Source: Octopus vulgaris (taxonomy: Eukaryota). From it: 64,000 bases of DNA. The stretch lies in NCBI GenBank assembly GCA_951406725.2, contig OX597839.1, positions 9,982,001 to 10,046,000 of the forward strand, in the 5' to 3' direction. Positions 49,144 to 62,400 of the stretch are shown here, in pieces (the stretch's first letter is position 1; the number at the start of each line of letters is the position of its first letter). The position numbers and the translations under genes were made by a program. A model generated the notes under the pieces. That model searched no databases. It had not been told where the DNA came from and saw only the letters and a list, made by a program, of their open reading frames with translations.

Positions 49144-50051
49144 TATAATATAAAAGTTAGAATAGGCCGGTTTATAGGATTACCTTTGGTTTCACGTCCA
49201 TAAAGTGCTTGGCTTTATGGAGTATCATCAGATTGCAAAACCTGTTGGCTTATGGTCTCTCTAGCAAATGGTCCTCTAGAATATGGAAGACGAAATGACC
49301 TCGCTACTCAGTCAACAACAGGGGATTGTCTCCCTTTGACTATTGATTGCCAGTGATCTTGTTATCCCGTGGGTTCCAATAGGCCAGCGGGAATTTCCTG
49401 AAATGCAAGCACCGTCTGGAGACCTCTGTTCTGGAGTTAAGGATGTTCCCCGGGTCAAGGGAGTCCTTTAGAATCCTCGCCCATTCCGCTATGTATAGTT
49501 TACAGCACTTGATCCTATTTATGTAGGGGCCTAGATTTTCTAGGTTTCTCCATGGCATTGTGAATGGAATCCCGTCGTTTTGGGATCAGATGATATGCCA
49601 TAAAGCCAAGCGCTTTGTGAACGTAAAACCAAAAGTAATCCCATAAACCGACCTATTCTAATTTTTATATTATAAACTGCTCTATAACTTATAGTGTGCT
49701 TCTTTTCGGATTTATAGCTACTATCTCCAACAGGTTGAGCAACCATGAAAGGCAGAAGTGAATGAGTTGTATTTAGAAAAAGTGAAAGGAAAGACACCCC
49801 ATGAACTTACTTCTAGGGTTCGGAAAGAATGAAAGATAGATAGATGTACATACGTACAGAGTCATAAGTATGAGAATGAAATTTGTTTAGCGGGTGCAAG
49901 CGTTTTCATTGCCTTTCTCTTTCCCCATAAAATAAATTTGAGTTGTGGTGCAGCCTGTACACCCAATTCCCAAGTCTATCTACGATTCGCGAGCGCGTAT
50001 ATATATATTTCCTTTATTATCAGTTTTCATATACATTTGTGTTCGTTCATG

Positions 50052-50095
<44 letters not shown>

Positions 50096-50551
50096 TCTTT
50101 ATTCACCATAAGGTTGAGAAAAAGAGGGGACAAAACAAACGTTGGGGTCAGGGTATCGAATGAGACGAAACGTATGAATAAACAAACAATTAAAATATAT
50201 ACAATTAAATGAGAATGAGTGAATAACAAAAAAAAATGAAGAGAGAGAGAGAGAGAGAGAGAGTAAACTTTCAGAGAATCCGCTTAGTGCGAGCCGATAT
50301 ATTGAACTGATTTTTCAGCATTCAACTATTTTCCCCTATCGCCGTCGATACCAGCCGTCTCTGATATTGTTTTCTTCCGCTTACACCGGTTATTATCATG
50401 TGTTTATGAAAATCAAAGTTTTATTTATCTTGTATATCTTGTGTTAATCAGAAAAGTGGGTAGTTAAGTAGCGGATGCGAATAACCGACTGAGCACCTCA
50501 CACACACTTTACACACACAGACACACACACACAGACAGTCACGACACGACT

Positions 50552-50701
50552 ATGTCGTCTTCTCAGAGCAACACAAGGACCAGATCAAGTAGTTCTGTCA
50601 TCTTAAGTGATGAACCAAGCCCTGGTGTTGGTATTAATGACAGTATATCATCCGAGGTTGACGTATGGACCAGCTCGCATCGTTCTTTCGGAGTCCTAGA
50701 A
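50552..50701 (+). CDS. SLC2A: SLC2A/GLUT facilitated sugar transporter, coding exon 1 (Ser-rich N-terminus)
   Basis: ATG 50552, 50 codons, then GAA|gtaagt donor. Phase 0 chain to 58645 and 63500. Confidence 0.65.
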
Positions 50702-52213
50702 GTAAGTTTATGGGGTTTCTTTCCTTTTGCTTCTAACCCTGTCTCATTGTTTCAAACACAAAACAAAAACAACTCATTCATTTCTGCCTCCCATGGTCGC
50801 TTAACCTGTTGGAAACAGCAGCCAAATCTCCCTCAAATTACAACCCTTCCTATCTTCTTAAAAAAAAACTCTCTTGATAATGAAGTCCAAGGTACAATAC
50901 AAGAAAAAAAAACCCCAAAAGTGTGACTCATGCTTGGAATGTCTGTTTTGTCAGTTATAACCAGAGTATAAACAGCTACGGCAACCTTTTTAGGAGTCCG
51001 TCATAGACCCATCGCTATGTGTTGGTATTGGTACTTCTACCCTGACCCTAGCCTTACTCTATACGCTCAAGTTATTGTTTCCAGGTCAACCATGATCTGC
51101 CAGATATGATGAAAGACGGAACCAATTATGACAGTCCCTCCCTGATTTGTTTTGAATGACTATATACATGTCCATTGTCGTTACATTTTTAAAACGGGTG
51201 ATATAGGGAGTTGTTGGAAAATTTGGCTGCTATTTTCAACAGGTCAAACGACTACATGGAAGCCTAATATGCCATGTATTAGCACACTGAGGCATATAAG
51301 TTCCTGTTGCTTTTTCATCTTAAGCTTACTCAGATCCAGCAGACATACATTCAGACATTCCAGCTGTGACCATCCTGTTTATTTATTTTTTTTTGACCAT
51401 ACATAATATATCTAGGATTACTCATCTCTCACACTAAGTCTATTGGAATCCTAGTTTTTGTTATGTAAGTTTTTCTGTCACTTTCGTTAAGTCAGCTGAT
51501 TTTTCTACACATACATACATACACAGATTGACACGTACATATGTGTATATGTATATATATGTATGAATATATACACACATATCACGATTAATGTGTGTGC
51601 GTGCGTGTCTGCGTGCGTGTGTGTGTGTGTGTGTGTTAGTATGTTTACATATAATATTTATTCATTCAGTAAAGACTAGTTGCAATTCGTTGAAGCCTAT
51701 GTATGATTCATGATTCACGCGGTATGTGCTCGATCCGTCAAGCGAGAAAGCAAAGCATTTTCAAATATTTTTGTCGTCACTGCTAGAAACTCTGAATGGT
51801 GACGGCATAAATCATACGCTTCGAATGATTATGGAAAATCTACCCCAGATATTGCACACTTTTCCATCCCTTTCACATATTCAAGCGTGTGTGTGTGTGT
51901 GTGTCTATCTTATATCTTTTATTTGTTTCAGTAATTGAACTGCGGCCGTGCCTTGAAGAGTTTGTTTAACGAATCGACTCCAGTACCTTTTTTTTTTTTA
52001 AAGCCTGGGACTTATTCTATCGCTCTCTTTTCCGAACCGCTAGGTCACGGGACATAAACAAAGCGACAGCGGTTAAGCGGTGGTAGGGACACACACACAC
52101 ATAGCGTAGGCTTGAAACAGCAAAGACTTTTCTATTTTTCCAGAACTAATACACCTTGTTCGTTGTTCCCTCACCATCTGTGTTTTATTTTTGTACATTT
52201 AAACCACAAATAA

Positions 52214-52273
<60 letters not shown>

Positions 52274-53195
52274 CATATATTTAATATTTTAGACTAATGG
52301 GTATCATCATCATCATCATCATCATCATCACTTGACATCCGCTTTCCATGCTAGCATGGGTTGGACGATTTGACTGAGGACTGGCAAACCAGATGGCTGC
52401 ATCAGGACTCCAAGTCTGATCTGGCAGAGTTTCTACAGCTGGATGCCCTTCCTAATGCCAACCACTCCGAGAGTGTAGTAGGTGCTCTTACGTGCCACCG
52501 GCACAAGGGCCAGTCAGGCGGTACTGGCAACGGCCACGCTCAAATGGTGTTTTTATGTGCCACCTGCACAGGAGCCAGTCTGGTGGCACTGGCAACGACC
52601 TCGCTCGAATGTTATATGCTGATTAATGTGTTGAAGTGTTGAGTAGAGCACTGGCGCAGTTTGGGCTACCTGATGTCACCCACAGTTGGGATATATTTCT
52701 GTTGAATCTACTTTAGGAACTCCGCAGTGTTGGTTGAGATAATGATAACTGATTGATAATGATAACCAGAAGAAGGATTTAGTATTAATCTTTATTTTGT
52801 ACCATGGTCATTTTGTGGAGGCACATAGCCTAGTGGTTAGAACAGTGGACTCGTGGTGAAGGGATCGCGGGTGAGGTGTGTGTTTATGAGCGAAACACCT
52901 AAGCTCCACACAGCTCCGGCAGAAGGTAATGGCGAAACTTTGCTGACTTTTTCGCCACAACTTTCTCTCACTCTTTTCTCCTACATCTTGCAGCTCACCT
53001 GGTATGGACCAGCATCCAGTCCAGGTGGGGAACCTATACGCCAAGAAACTGGAGAACCGGCCCTTATGAGCCAGGCATGGCTCGAGAAGGAACAAACAAC
53101 TTTCTTTTGTACCATGGTCGTTTTGACCCATCCTGCTTCTGCCCCTTATGGGTGGGACTCTGTTCAACATCTTGTGTTGTATCCATTTTGCAATC

Positions 53196-53384
53196 TGGGT
53201 CTCATCAGGTACATCCATACATAAAATTGTGACTTGCTAAAGACCCTAAGTTTAGGCTGCCATGTTCTTATATGGCATATAACATCTATGCATAAAGTTG
53301 TTATATGCTATATAACATCATGGCAGCCTAAACTCAGGATCTTTAGTGAGACACAACTTTGTGTATGGATGTACCTGATGAGAT

Positions 53385-53387
<3 letters not shown>
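53196..53387. repeat. ~190-bp imperfect palindrome ending in CTGATGA on both arms
   Basis: ctcatcaggtacatccatac ... gtatggatgtacctgatgag. Confidence 0.8.
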
Positions 53388-53426
<39 letters not shown>

Positions 53427-53607
53427 TAGCATGAAGCGGACGCTAAATGATGATGATATATGGTAGATAAGTTCAGTAAAATTTAGATTCAGATGAATAT
53501 GGTACTTAAGTTGAAGGCAGAATTTAGTATGGTATTATCCACATAATTTAAAATAAGGTGATTATAATCAAAATAAGCAACAAGGATATCCTTGTTGCTT
53601 ATTTTGA

Positions 53608-53654
<47 letters not shown>

Positions 53655-53846
53655 CACCTCTGAATATCCTTGTTGCTTATTTTAATTATATATATAGTAA
53701 TATTTATATGCCAACAGAACGTGGCAGTCTTATATGGGATGATTTTACTCTTGCTATCGCTCCAGGACAACATCTTTTCCAGCTGGCTATCAGCACACAG
53801 TCTGTTTCCTTATGGCATTTGAAAGGAAGGTTATAGCAACAGTAAC

Positions 53847-54260
53847 GGATCTTTTCAGTTTGAACGGCAGTTTTTTCTAGCGGTGTCATATGAAATTGTC
53901 ACCCATAATAATGACCCTAGTATTGATCTATTGCATTTCAATCTCTTTTAGGGTTAGGGGTGGGGGGAAGGTTATCTTTTTTCTTCACAAATGTAAATAA
54001 ACCCAATCTGTTTCTTAAATGAGGGACATATTCATACAGTACAGAATGTTTTTTTTACCTCAATAGACGTCAGTGATTGGTTGAAAATGCAGAAATTGAA
54101 GAAAAAAAAAACAACAAATATCTTACAAACCATAGAATTTTCTCAATAAAGCCAAGAGAAAAATATGTTTTATAAACACATTCTACCAGTATACGAAGTT
54201 TAAAATTTTTTAGTTACCTAGAAATTATGTTAAAAACTGCCGTTCAAACCAAAAAGATCC
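53847..54260 (+). mobile_element. Merlin-like MITE nested in the TIR of an older MITE (~53697-54316)
   Basis: Same TIRs, TSD acagtaac. Flanking inverted repeat ggcagtcttatat / atataagactgcc. Confidence 0.85.
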
Positions 54261-54564
54261 ACAGTAACATCACCCTATATAAGACTGCCAAGTTCTCTTA
54301 GCATATAAACATTACGATCTGGTACTGTCACTGTAGATTTCTCGCTCAGAGATTTAAAAGAATTTGTTTCTCTCTCTCTCTCTCTATCTATCTCTACCTA
54401 TCTATATATATGTACATACACACACACACGTATATATATAAATATATATACACATATATATATGCGCAGGTGTGGCTGTGTGGTGAGTAGCTTGCTTACC
54501 AACCACATGGTTCCAGGTTCAGAGTGTGCTTCTTTTCCAGATATGTGAATTACTGATATATATA

Positions 54565-54597
<33 letters not shown>

Positions 54598-56062
54598 ATA
54601 TGACTGCGGCCATGCTGGAGCACCACCTCTAGTCGAGAAAATTGACCCCAGGACTTATTCTTTGTAAGCCTAGTACTTATTCTATTGGTCTCTCTTACCG
54701 AACCGCTAAGTTATGGGCACGTAAACACAGCAACATTGGTTGTCAAGCGATGTTGGAGGGACAAACACAGACACACAAACACGTGCACACACACACACAC
54801 GCACATATACATATATACGACGAGCTTCTTTCAGTTTCCGTCTACCAAATCCACTCACAAGGCTTTCGTCTGCCCAAGGCAATAATAGAAGACACTTGCC
54901 CAAGGTGCCACGCAGTGGGACTGAACCCAGAACCATGTGGTTGGTAAGCAAGCTACTTACCACACAGCCACTCCTGCACCTGTATATATATTTAAATTTT
55001 GAAAATGCTAATTTTTTTGTCAGAATCAGAATCTTTGTTGCCGAAAATTGTGGAAAATATAGAAAAAAAGGAAATAAAAGGATGTAGTATTATAGACTTT
55101 TGCTGAAAGTTACCTTTTGAGGCACAGGTATGGGCAAGATGGTTTGTGAAAGACCAGCAATGGCCTATGCATACCGATCCCTCCTCTCCATGCCACCGAT
55201 GTTGTCCAAGGGGAAGGCAAAGGCTGATACAGCTTGGCACCAGCGACATTGCAACTTATTTCTACAGTTGAGTGAACTGGAACAATGTGAAATAAAGTGT
55301 CTTGCTCAAGAACACAACATGCAGTCTGGTCCAGGAATTGAATTCACTACCTCATGATTGTAAACCTGATGCTCTAACCACTGAGCCATACACATTTACA
55401 CACACACAGATACACACACACACACACACACACTTTTGTAAATAAATTGATCAATTAGGATTGTGATAAAACTAACTTGATGACAGTGATCTGTAGCTCA
55501 TTATCTTTCAATTAAAGGACAGACACATATTTAATACACATACACAAACACAACTTGTAATTAGTATAGGGATAGTGAGAGGTGTTTATTTTTTTTTAAT
55601 ATCACTCTTATGGCTCAGACGTTCACTACAAACTCCACCTTATATAATAAAACAGTCATTGACGATTTTATATATATAGGTTGCCACTTCAGTCTAAGCA
55701 GTGTTATAGTGACATCATGTGGTTATAATGTCTTCATTTGTATGTTGTTAAAACATGGTACATTGGCTTGGTGTATTATATATATATAGTGATATTTAAT
55801 AGTTTATAGTGTCAACGCCACAGATGTACGAGGTCAGGCTGTTCCATTTATCAGACAAACAGGAACCTCGTCGTTGTAACTGACGGAGTGTACTGTGTGT
55901 ATGTATATATACATACATATATATATATATACAAAGTAAGATAGGGGTTATGGGTGTAACCCACTATGGGATTGAATGAATAAATAATCCAACATTCTAA
56001 TATCCGAAAGTTGATGAACAAACTAAATTTGTTTCTCCATTTTCTTATTTGTATTACATATA

Positions 56063-56463
56063 TAGGCGCAGGAGTGGCTGTGTGGTAAGTAGCTTGCTAA
56101 CCAACCACATGGTTCCGGGTTCAGTCCCACTGCGTGGCATCTTGGGCAAGTGTCTTCTGCTATAGCCCCGGGCCGACCAAAGCCTTGTGAGTGGATTTGG
56201 TAGACGGAAACTGAAAGAAGCCTGTCGTATATATATATATATGTGTGTGTGTGTTTGTGTGTCTGTGTGTTTGTCCCCCTAGCATTACTTGACAACCGAT
56301 GCTGGTGTGTTTACGTCCCCGTCACTTAGCGGTTCGGCAAAAGAGACCGATAGAATAAGTACTGGGCTTACAAAGAATAAGTCCCGGGGTCAATTTGCTC
56401 GACTAAAGGCGGTGCTCCAGCATGGCCGCAGTCAAATGACTGAAACAAGTAAAAGAGTAAGAG
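56063..56463 (+). mobile_element. Full-length tRNA-derived CORE-like SINE, the most abundant family here (other copies at about 551, 13618, 15890, 36095, 41280, 43056, 43660, 54600, 57010, 60000)
   Basis: A/B-box-like head ggagtggctgtgtggtaag...ggttcagtccc, cttgggcaagt core, internal (TA)n/(TG)n, (GTAAAAGA) tail. Confidence 0.85.
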
Positions 56464-58644
56464 TATATATATATATATATATATATGTATATAGCAAGTG
56501 ACTTGATCTGAGATCGTGTGTTGAAACAAAAACAATTGCAGCATGGAAGATGTTTGTAAGCCATTGAAGAACACACAAAAATCATTAGTTTCACTTCAGT
56601 ATTTAAATTTCATATGTGTCAAAATATTTTTGTGGCTTTGAAACTGTGACCTGTTCACTAACAAAACTTTGCAGCACAAAGAGACCGACAATATAAGTAC
56701 TAGGCTTACAAAGAATAAGTTCTGGGTTTGATTTGCTCGACTAAAGGTAGTACTCCAGCATGGCCACAGTCAAATGACTGAAACAAGTAAAAGAGTAAAG
56801 ACTAGGAAAGAAAATACATATTAGTAGATGGGAATTTAATATCTTCTTCCAACTCATAGAAGATAAGGTTATTTTGTTTTATTTTTAATCTTTAAATAGC
56901 TGGACTACAGAGTCCAGGCAAAAAAAAAATAATAATAATAACCTAAATAGATAATAAAAATTAAACAACAGAGAGAATTCATAAATAAAACGCTCATACC
57001 TCCATATACTCTTTTACTTGTTTCAGTCATTTGACTGTGGCCATGCTGGGGCACCACCTTTTAGTCAAGCGAATCGACCCCAGGACTTTTATAAGCCTAG
57101 TACTTATTCTATCAGTCCCTTTCGCCGAACTGATAAGTTACAGGGACATAGACACACCAGCATTGGTTGTCAAGTGATGCTAGGGGGACGAACACAGACA
57201 CAAAAACATATACACACACATACATATATATATACATATATACGACGGACTTCTTTCAGTTTCCATCCACCAAATCCACTCATAAGGCTTTGGTCGGCCC
57301 GAGGCTATAGTAGAAGACACTTGCCCGAGATGCCACGCAGTGGGACTGAACCCGGAACCATGTGGTTCATAAGCAAGCTTCTTACCACACAGCCACTCCT
57401 ATGCCTATGTGTACAAAGTGTACAAAGGGACATCTAATACTAAAAAGTAAAAATAAAATAAAATGTAAATGAAAGTGAAAAATCCCCTACATGTTCAGAG
57501 TAACCACATATCATCACATGTATTACACATGCACATATATTCACCTGTATGAACATACTTGCGCACACACACGATATATAAATATATCTATATATTCACA
57601 TACACACATAGACATATATATATGTGTGTGTGTGCATATATCCATATATAGACACAAGAATATAAATATACATGCGCACAAACAGTACCGCCTGACTGGC
57701 CCTTGTACCGGTGGCACGTAAAAAGCACCCTCTACACTCTCGGAGTGGTTGGCGTTAGGAAGGGCATCCAGCCGTAGAAACTCTGCCAGATCAGATTGGA
57801 GCCTGGCGCAGCCATCTGGTTTGCCAGACCTCAGTCAAACCATCCAACCCATGCTAGCATGGAAAGCAGACGTTAAACGATGATGATGATGATGATGACA
57901 AATATATACACATCTAAGCAAATAAAACTCCAAATAATATCTATACACACCACAAAAGTATGGTTGTAACTGGAATGTTTTGAATCCTTGGTCTTTTGGA
58001 TTCCTTGGTCTTTGGGATAAGGGCCCACCTGGTACTGTTCAGCAGAACATTTAATACTTTGTTGGTATTGTTCCCCTTAATTACAGTTGCAATTTTTTCA
58101 ATTTTGTTATTTCAAATTCTTCATTAATCACCAATCATCATTAATTGCCATTCATCATTAATCATCTGCTGCCAGTAATTTTGGCCATCACTCAGTCATC
58201 CATCATTGATTGTCATTAACTATCCATCCAATTTAATCACCTCCACTCATTAATCATTCATTGCAATTAATTAGCCACTGCCGTTAATTTCCTATTATCA
58301 CTAATCATGCGTTATCATTAATCTTCCATATCACTGTTAATTACATCATCATCATCATCATCAACAATTAATGTCCATTTTCCATGCTGTCATGGGTTAG
58401 ACAGCTTGACAGCTACTGGCAAGGCCAGAGGCCACACCAGGCTCCATAGCCTGTTTTGGTTTGGCTTCTAAGGCTAGATACCCTCCCAACACTAACCATT
58501 CCACAGAGTGTACTGTGTGCATTTTATGTGGCACCAGTACCCACTTACTATCATTAATCCCTCACCACCATTAATTACTGATCACCATTGCTCTGTCATC
58601 ACCGTTAATCATCCATCATCATTAATCATCCATCTTTGTTACAG

Positions 58645-58752
58645 CTGAAAAATGAATCTGAGAAGATGAATGATTCTCTTCAAGATGGCATCCTAGCTGA
58701 GTTCTCTATAACTCCCCGACAACAAGATAGTCTGCAGTGCTGTCATTTCCAG
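58645..58752 (+). CDS. SLC2A: SLC2A/GLUT transporter, coding exon 2 (LKNESEK...CCHFQ)
   Basis: ctttgttacag acceptor, CAG|gtagtt donor. 108 nt, phases 0/0. Confidence 0.65.
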
Positions 58753-59127
58753 GTAGTTTCTCCCACATTTCTCCAGCCAGTTTCCTCTTTTGTTGGAGTC
58801 ATTGTCTGTGTGTCATCCCCAGCATCACAGCTGCTGCTGCTGTGATTGCCATTCCACCTTCTTACCTCACTGGCATCAGTGTTGCTACTGTCCCTCCAAA
58901 CCCTCTTCTTTGTACCACACTTCTTGCCTGCCTGGCTTAACAATGTTTTCTCCCCTGCTGTCTCTTTGTTTCTTTCTGTCTCTGTCCCCCTCTCTCTGTC
59001 TGTCTGTCTCTCTCTCTCTCAGCCTACTCCTACCTCATTGCTTAACTTTGAAATGTTGTTCTGAATATGTCTAACATGTACAGATCAAATCTCAGCGAGG
59101 ATAAAAGTTTCTAGTTGACAGGTCTAC

Positions 59128-59688
59128 TCTGGGCGAAATGCTTAGCGGTATTTCATCTGCTGTTACGTTCTGAGTTCAAATTCCGCCGAGGTCAACTTTG
59201 CCTTTCATCCTTTCGGGGTCGATAAATTAAGTACCAGTTACACACTGGGGTCGATGTAATCAACTTAATCCATTTGTCTGTCCTTGTTTGTCCCCTCTGT
59301 ATTTAGCCCCTTGTGGGTAGTAAAGAAATAGGTATTTCGTCTGCCGCTACATTCTGAGTTCAAATTCCGCCGAAGTCGACTTTGCCTTTCATCCTTTCAG
59401 GGTCGATAAATTAAGTACCAGTTATGCACTGGGGTCGATGTAATCGACTTAATCCGTTTGTTTGTCCCCTCTGTGTTTAGGCCCCTTGTGGGTAGTAAAG
59501 AAATAGGTATTTCGTCTGCCGCTACATTCTGAGTTCAAATTCCGCCGAAGTCGACTTTGCCTTTCATCCTTTCAGGGTCGATAAATTAAGTACCAGTTAC
59601 GCACTGGGGTCGATGTAATCGAGTTAATCCGTTTGTTTGTCCTTGTTTGTCCCCTCTGTGTTTAGGCCCTTGCGGGTAGTAAAGAAAT
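59128..59688 (+). mobile_element. Tandem trimer of a ~180-bp SINE unit (dimer at 5921-6274 minus; monomer at 3514-3742)
   Basis: Three head-to-tail units with B-box gagttcaaattcc, flanked by a single aggtctac TSD. Confidence 0.8.
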
Positions 59689-60814
59689 AGGTCTACAGTT
59701 CAAAACCTGCTTCTGCCATTTCCTTAGAAGAACAATAGATTCTATATGCCCAAGTAAGGCATTTAGACTCTAGATACAGGGAACAGGTATTCAGGCCCAT
59801 TGGAGAAAATTAATTTATGTTGGACTAGCAGCCTATCCTAGAACAACAATTTACCTGTTACTTGATCTGCTCTTTGAAATGAACTCTATTTAGGAATCAC
59901 ACAGAAAAATCTGTTTCAGTTTGACAAACACCTGAGAGGAGTTGAGCTCGTGTCAACCAATGAAAGCCCAGTTATGGCCCCATGAGGATTTTTCATCTTT
60001 TATTTCGTATTTGTTCAATCATTAAACTGCGGCCATGCTGGGGCACTGCCTTGAAGAATTTTAGTCAAACAAATCGACCCCAGTATTTATTCTTTAAACC
60101 TGGCACTTATGTTAACAGTCTCTTTCGTTGAATCACTAATTTACAGGGATGTAAACACACCAACATTGGTTGTCAAGTGGTTACGTGGGGACAAACACAG
60201 ACACAAAGACTCACACACACTGATATATATAAATATATATATATATGACATGTAAAGAGCACCAACCGATCGTGGCCATTTGCCAGCCTCCTCTGGCCCC
60301 TGTGTCGGTGGCACGTAAAAAGCACCCACTACACTCACAGAGTGGTTGGCGTTAGGAAGGGCATCCAGCTGTAGAAACTCTGCCAAATCAGACTGGAACC
60401 TGGCGCAGCCTCCTGACTTCCCAGACCCCAGTCGAACCGTCCAACCCATGCTAGCATGGAAAACGGATGTTAAACAATGATGATGATGATACACGCACAC
60501 ACACACACACATATACATACATATATACACTGAGCTTCTTTTAGTTTCCATTTATCGAATCCACTCACAATGCTTTGGTTGGCCCAAAGCTCTATTAGAA
60601 GACATTTGCCCAATGTGTCACACAGTGGGACTGAACCCAGAACCACATGTTTTGGAAACTAGCTTCTTACCCCACAACCACACCTGCACCTTCTTTTGAT
60701 GATGTTTCATTAGAAATATGATTTTTGTAGGTGGACTCCAGCTACATACATAATTAGACAGAACAATTGAACTATTCACAAAGATAAGAAGGCTTAATGC
60801 AATGACCTGTTTGA

Positions 60815-61202
60815 CCCTTTTGTTACCAGCCCGGCTGAAACCGGCTCTGGCTCCGAGTACAAATATCTTGTTTTCATAAGTTCTGAATTAAAATCTTCCA
60901 CCAAACCTTAGTCACAATTTATGTCCTAACACTAGCTTAATGATAACTAAGTTATTTTACTAAATTCTTTGTTATATTTAAAATTAATTGAAAGAAACAT
61001 AGAGCATCTCAACAGAAATATGGTAACAAATGTCTTGTTTTTATAAGTTTTGAATTAAAATCTTCCACCAAACCTTAGTCACAATTTATGTTCCCAACAC
61101 TAGCTGAATGTTAACTAAGTTATTTTACTAAATTCTTTGTTAAATTTAAAATTAATTGAAGCAAACACAGAGCATCTCAAAATAAATACAGTAACGAAAG
61201 GG
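60815..61202 (-). mobile_element. piggyBac-like MITE with an internal tandem duplication
   Basis: Reverse copy of the same family with the body duplicated. Confidence 0.75.
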
Positions 61203-61689
61203 TTAACTCTGCCATCTGGTCTTTGGGTAAAAAGCCATTGCTTTTCTTCTTGATTTAAGTGATTTAAAAAAATGAGTACTATTATATATTTTTGATCTTC
61301 CTTGAGATTCTTGACATTTCTCTCTTGTGTCCACTTTCTTCATCAATGCTTATAAGACTTGGTGCCTAGATGTTAAGTATCGTGGAAGATACTCAAGACC
61401 CAAGTATCAATATAATCATTATCATCATCATTATCATCATCATAATTTTTTTTTTACTTGTTTCAGTCATTTGACTGCAGCCATGCTGGAGCACCACCAT
61501 TTAGTCGAGCAAATCGACCCCAGCACTTATTCTTTTGTAAGCCTAGTACTTATTCTATCGGTCTTTTTTGCCGAACTGCTAAGTTACGGGGACGTAAACG
61601 CACCAGCATGTAAATAACAAATGGAACTGCCAAGGAATTAATGGCTAACACCTTGTTATGTGCATTTTAAGACTTAGGAAAAAAAAAAA

Positions 61690-62400
61690 AAATGGGGCAT
61701 CTCAAGGCAACTGAGATGCCACTGATTGGAGGAGCATTTGCAATGATCAAAAAGGGAACTGAAAATTATTTGAGGATGATCCCTAGCTTACCATCACCCA
61801 TACTGAGAAGAAGATTGTCACTGAGAATTTTCTTTCCTTTTCCCCCCTTATTTTCAGATTTTAGGACTGCTCAAACTTTCCTGTAACATTCCTTCCTGAT
61901 CTTCTCTTTCATTCTTGCATGCTGAATATCAGAGCCCTCATTTATTCCGAGGTATTTGTAAGTTTGTTCCTGCTCAAATTGTTTTATAACTGTGTCATCA
62001 TCTAACACCACTGAATGCGAGGTCTTCAATTTCCCTTTCTGGAAAGTAGCCTTGACACATTTGTCAAGACCAAATACCACCACTGAATGCTTTCACAGTA
62101 CACAATAGACCTTCAAGCTTATTTTCTTCTCAATTTTATACTCATACCATTTTCTGTTAAGTTCACTTGTCAGGGGTATCAGGGCTATGCAAAAAATTAG
62201 AGGTGAAAGTGAGTTACCTTAGAAAATACCACAGTTGATAATTAATATTGTTTGTATTCAGTATCCCGTTAGGGTGGTATGATTGGAGATTCATTTTCTT
62301 CACTGACATGTGTTTCAAGAAGTTTAAAATTACAGAAGAAATTTTGAAGATATCCAATGATTTTTACATTTTAAGAAATGTGCTTTGATCCAAAATTCTC
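61690..62400. pseudogene. Decayed R4/Dong-like LINE fragments in opposite orientations
   Basis: Minus strand: GIF*GNSLSPLIFCIALIPL, FGLDKC, YKYLGI. Plus strand 61692-61810 resembles the C-terminus (PLIGGAF...IPS). Confidence 0.7.

Larger units (their letters stand above)
47698..49675. mobile_element. Nested inverted hammerhead-bearing repeat, interrupted by a hAT MITE and two Helitrons
   Basis: 47698-48184 is the inverse of 49145-49411. CTGATGA...GAAA motifs at 48091-48164 (+) and 49169-49242 (-), with a degenerate copy at 49577-49649 (+). Confidence 0.75.

Noticed and set aside
585-60551. Many recurring ORFs (e.g. GLNPEPCGW, FLQLDALPNANH, poly-IY/HT)
   Set aside because: Translations of SINE bodies and (TA)n/(CA)n microsatellites, not genes.
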